Below are positions 5,520-6,174 of a DNA stretch of 6,174 nt, in pieces. The position numbers and the translations under genes are program-made. Numbering within the stretch: position 1 is the stretch's first letter; each line of letters begins with the position of its first letter. A model generated the notes under the pieces. The model made no database searches. It was not told where the DNA came from and was given only the letters and a program-made list of their open reading frames with translations. Origin of the DNA: a virus; the IMG/VR virus record IMGVR_UViG_3300020030_000001, positions 1 through 6,174 of that record; one strand, given 5' to 3'.

Positions 5520-5840
5520 ATGAAAAAAGGAAGTAAGTATTTCAAGGCTGGCGATTTGATTGTCGACGTTCTCGATTATGCTTTTACCGAGTGGCTCGTC
5601 CGCCAGGGAATATTCGTCGCCTTTAAGACGAACTACGATGTCGTCGTTTCGCCCTACGGGGGTTTTCGCGACCGTTTGCGCGCCCATATTCGGCGTTCTC
5701 TTTGCGACCCGAGTCTAGGCCCTACCTACCTCATTTCTACCGCTTTCTTGTTTGACACGACGCCCGAGGGTTATGATTTTTGGAGGAAGTACTCTGACGC
5801 TTGGAAGCGTTTTTATCTCAGATTTCAATCGCAAATTTAA
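5520..5840 (+). CDS. Hypothetical 106-aa basic protein (orphan)
   Basis: ATG-initiated ORF with strongly pyrimidine-rich third positions, preceded by the promoter-like motif. It is rich in aromatic residues (TPEGYDFWRKYSDAWKRFYLRF). I recognise no family. Confidence 0.6.
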   Translation: MKKGSKYFKAGDLIVDVLDYAFTEWLVRQGIFVAFKTNYDVVVSPYGGFRDRLRAHIRRSLCDPSLGPTYLISTAFLFDTTPEGYDFWRKYSDAWKRFYLRFQSQI

Positions 5841-5851
5841 ATTACATTGCT

Positions 5852-6174
5852 ATGACACAGATTCACGTTGTTATTCGCCGCGTCAACCCGGCTCTCAAAA
5901 TTGACCTCGCCCAGGTAGGCTATCTCAAGGATGATCAATTCGTATCCCTTCCGCTCAGTGCTCTTGTGGATACCCCTATCGCGCGTTTTCTGAATAGCTC
6001 TTTCATTAGCGATTCGCTTTACGTCGATCATTCAGAAATTTTTGAACTTGTCACTACCTGTGGTAGTTTACCTCATTTCCGAGTTGATTTTTTTGACAAT
6101 ACTCTTGTTCTCATGTTTGATTTTAATCTCGATTCTGATGAAAGCACGCCGAAAGAAGAAAGGAAGAGGAGCTA
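5852..6174 (+). CDS. Hypothetical 107-aa protein spanning the circular junction (truncated by the window edge; stop TAA at 120-122)
   Basis: ATG 5852 lies 11 nt after the previous stop. The frame stays open to the window end and closes at TAA 120-122 in the other repeat copy. Translation is MTQIHVVIRRVNPALKIDLAQVGYLKDDQFVSLPLSALVDTPIARFLNSSFISDSLYVDHSEIFELVTTCGSLPHFRVDFFDNTLVLMFDFNLDSDESTPKEERKRS. Third positions are very pyrimidine-rich. It is absent from the ORF track only because no stop occurs inside the window. Confidence 0.6.
   Translation, partial: MTQIHVVIRRVNPALKIDLAQVGYLKDDQFVSLPLSALVDTPIARFLNSSFISDSLYVDHSEIFELVTTCGSLPHFRVDFFDNTLVLMFDFNLDSDESTPKEERKRS
6054..6174. repeat. Terminal redundancy, copy 2 (identical to 1-121)
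   Basis: Same comparison as for 1-121. Confidence 0.95.

Larger units (their letters stand above)
1..6053 (+). mobile_element. Complete circular ssDNA phage genome unit (Microviridae, non-phiX-like), 6053 nt
   Basis: Exact 121-nt overlap between the window ends. The gene set is VP4 Rep + VP1 capsid + VP2 pilot, all on one strand with gaps of 0-22 nt between most genes. The size and T-rich coding strand are typical of Microviridae. Confidence 0.85.

Noticed and set aside
639-5687. Other minus-strand ORFs (639-902, 1182-1520, 1662-1886, 2679-2891, 3494-3694, 4461-4787, 4495-4908, 5421-5687)
   Set aside because: All are antisense to VP4, VP1, the acidic ORF, VP2 or the 5520 ORF. They show no recognisable motifs, and two of them overlap each other. 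Single-strand transcription is expected for this virus family.
5837-6031. 64-aa minus-strand ORF
   Set aside because: It lies entirely antisense to the 5852 junction-spanning ORF, which fits the gene packing (11 nt after the previous stop) and the codon pattern. It is an artefact of a linear ORF scan that could not see the + strand gene.
6054-6174. The 121-nt direct repeat as a biological terminal repeat, att site or LTR-like element
   Set aside because: The repeat is perfect, coincides exactly with both window edges, and a gene reads seamlessly across it. This is most simply explained as circular-assembly overlap.

Overview
The window holds one complete circular genome of a small ssDNA phage of the family Microviridae, plus an assembly overlap. 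Its architecture is gokushovirus/alpavirus-like, not phiX174-like. Bases 1-121 are identical to 6054-6174, so the unit circle is 6053 nt. All credible genes lie on the + strand and are tightly packed. In order: a 66-aa ORF (367-567) coupled through TAATG to the HUH replication initiator VP4 (567-1637); major capsid protein VP1 (1641-3446); an acidic 98-aa protein (3459-3755, possibly a scaffold); a 63-aa predicted lipoprotein (3981-4172); the pilot/minor capsid protein VP2 (4174-5439); and two orphan ORFs of about 106 aa (5520-5840 and 5852-6174). The last ORF crosses the circular junction and stops at TAA 120-122, so the ORF track misses it. A 41-aa Arg-rich ORF (3778-3903), below the track cutoff, may be a J/VP8-like DNA-binding protein. 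Two non-coding stretches (123-366 and 3904-3980) are GC-rich and fold into several hairpins, including two C-GGA-G triloop hairpins. These are candidate ssDNA origin or priming structures. None of the eight start codons has a Shine-Dalgarno sequence, and one intergenic region carries a TTTG-N19-TAnnTTTG motif; both hint at a Bacteroidota host (inference). I see no rRNA, tRNA, CRISPR, transposase, integrase or recognisable lysis enzyme. The small lipoprotein is the most interesting unexplained gene: a candidate lysis or superinfection-exclusion factor. Protein family calls come from motif recognition by eye, not from alignments.
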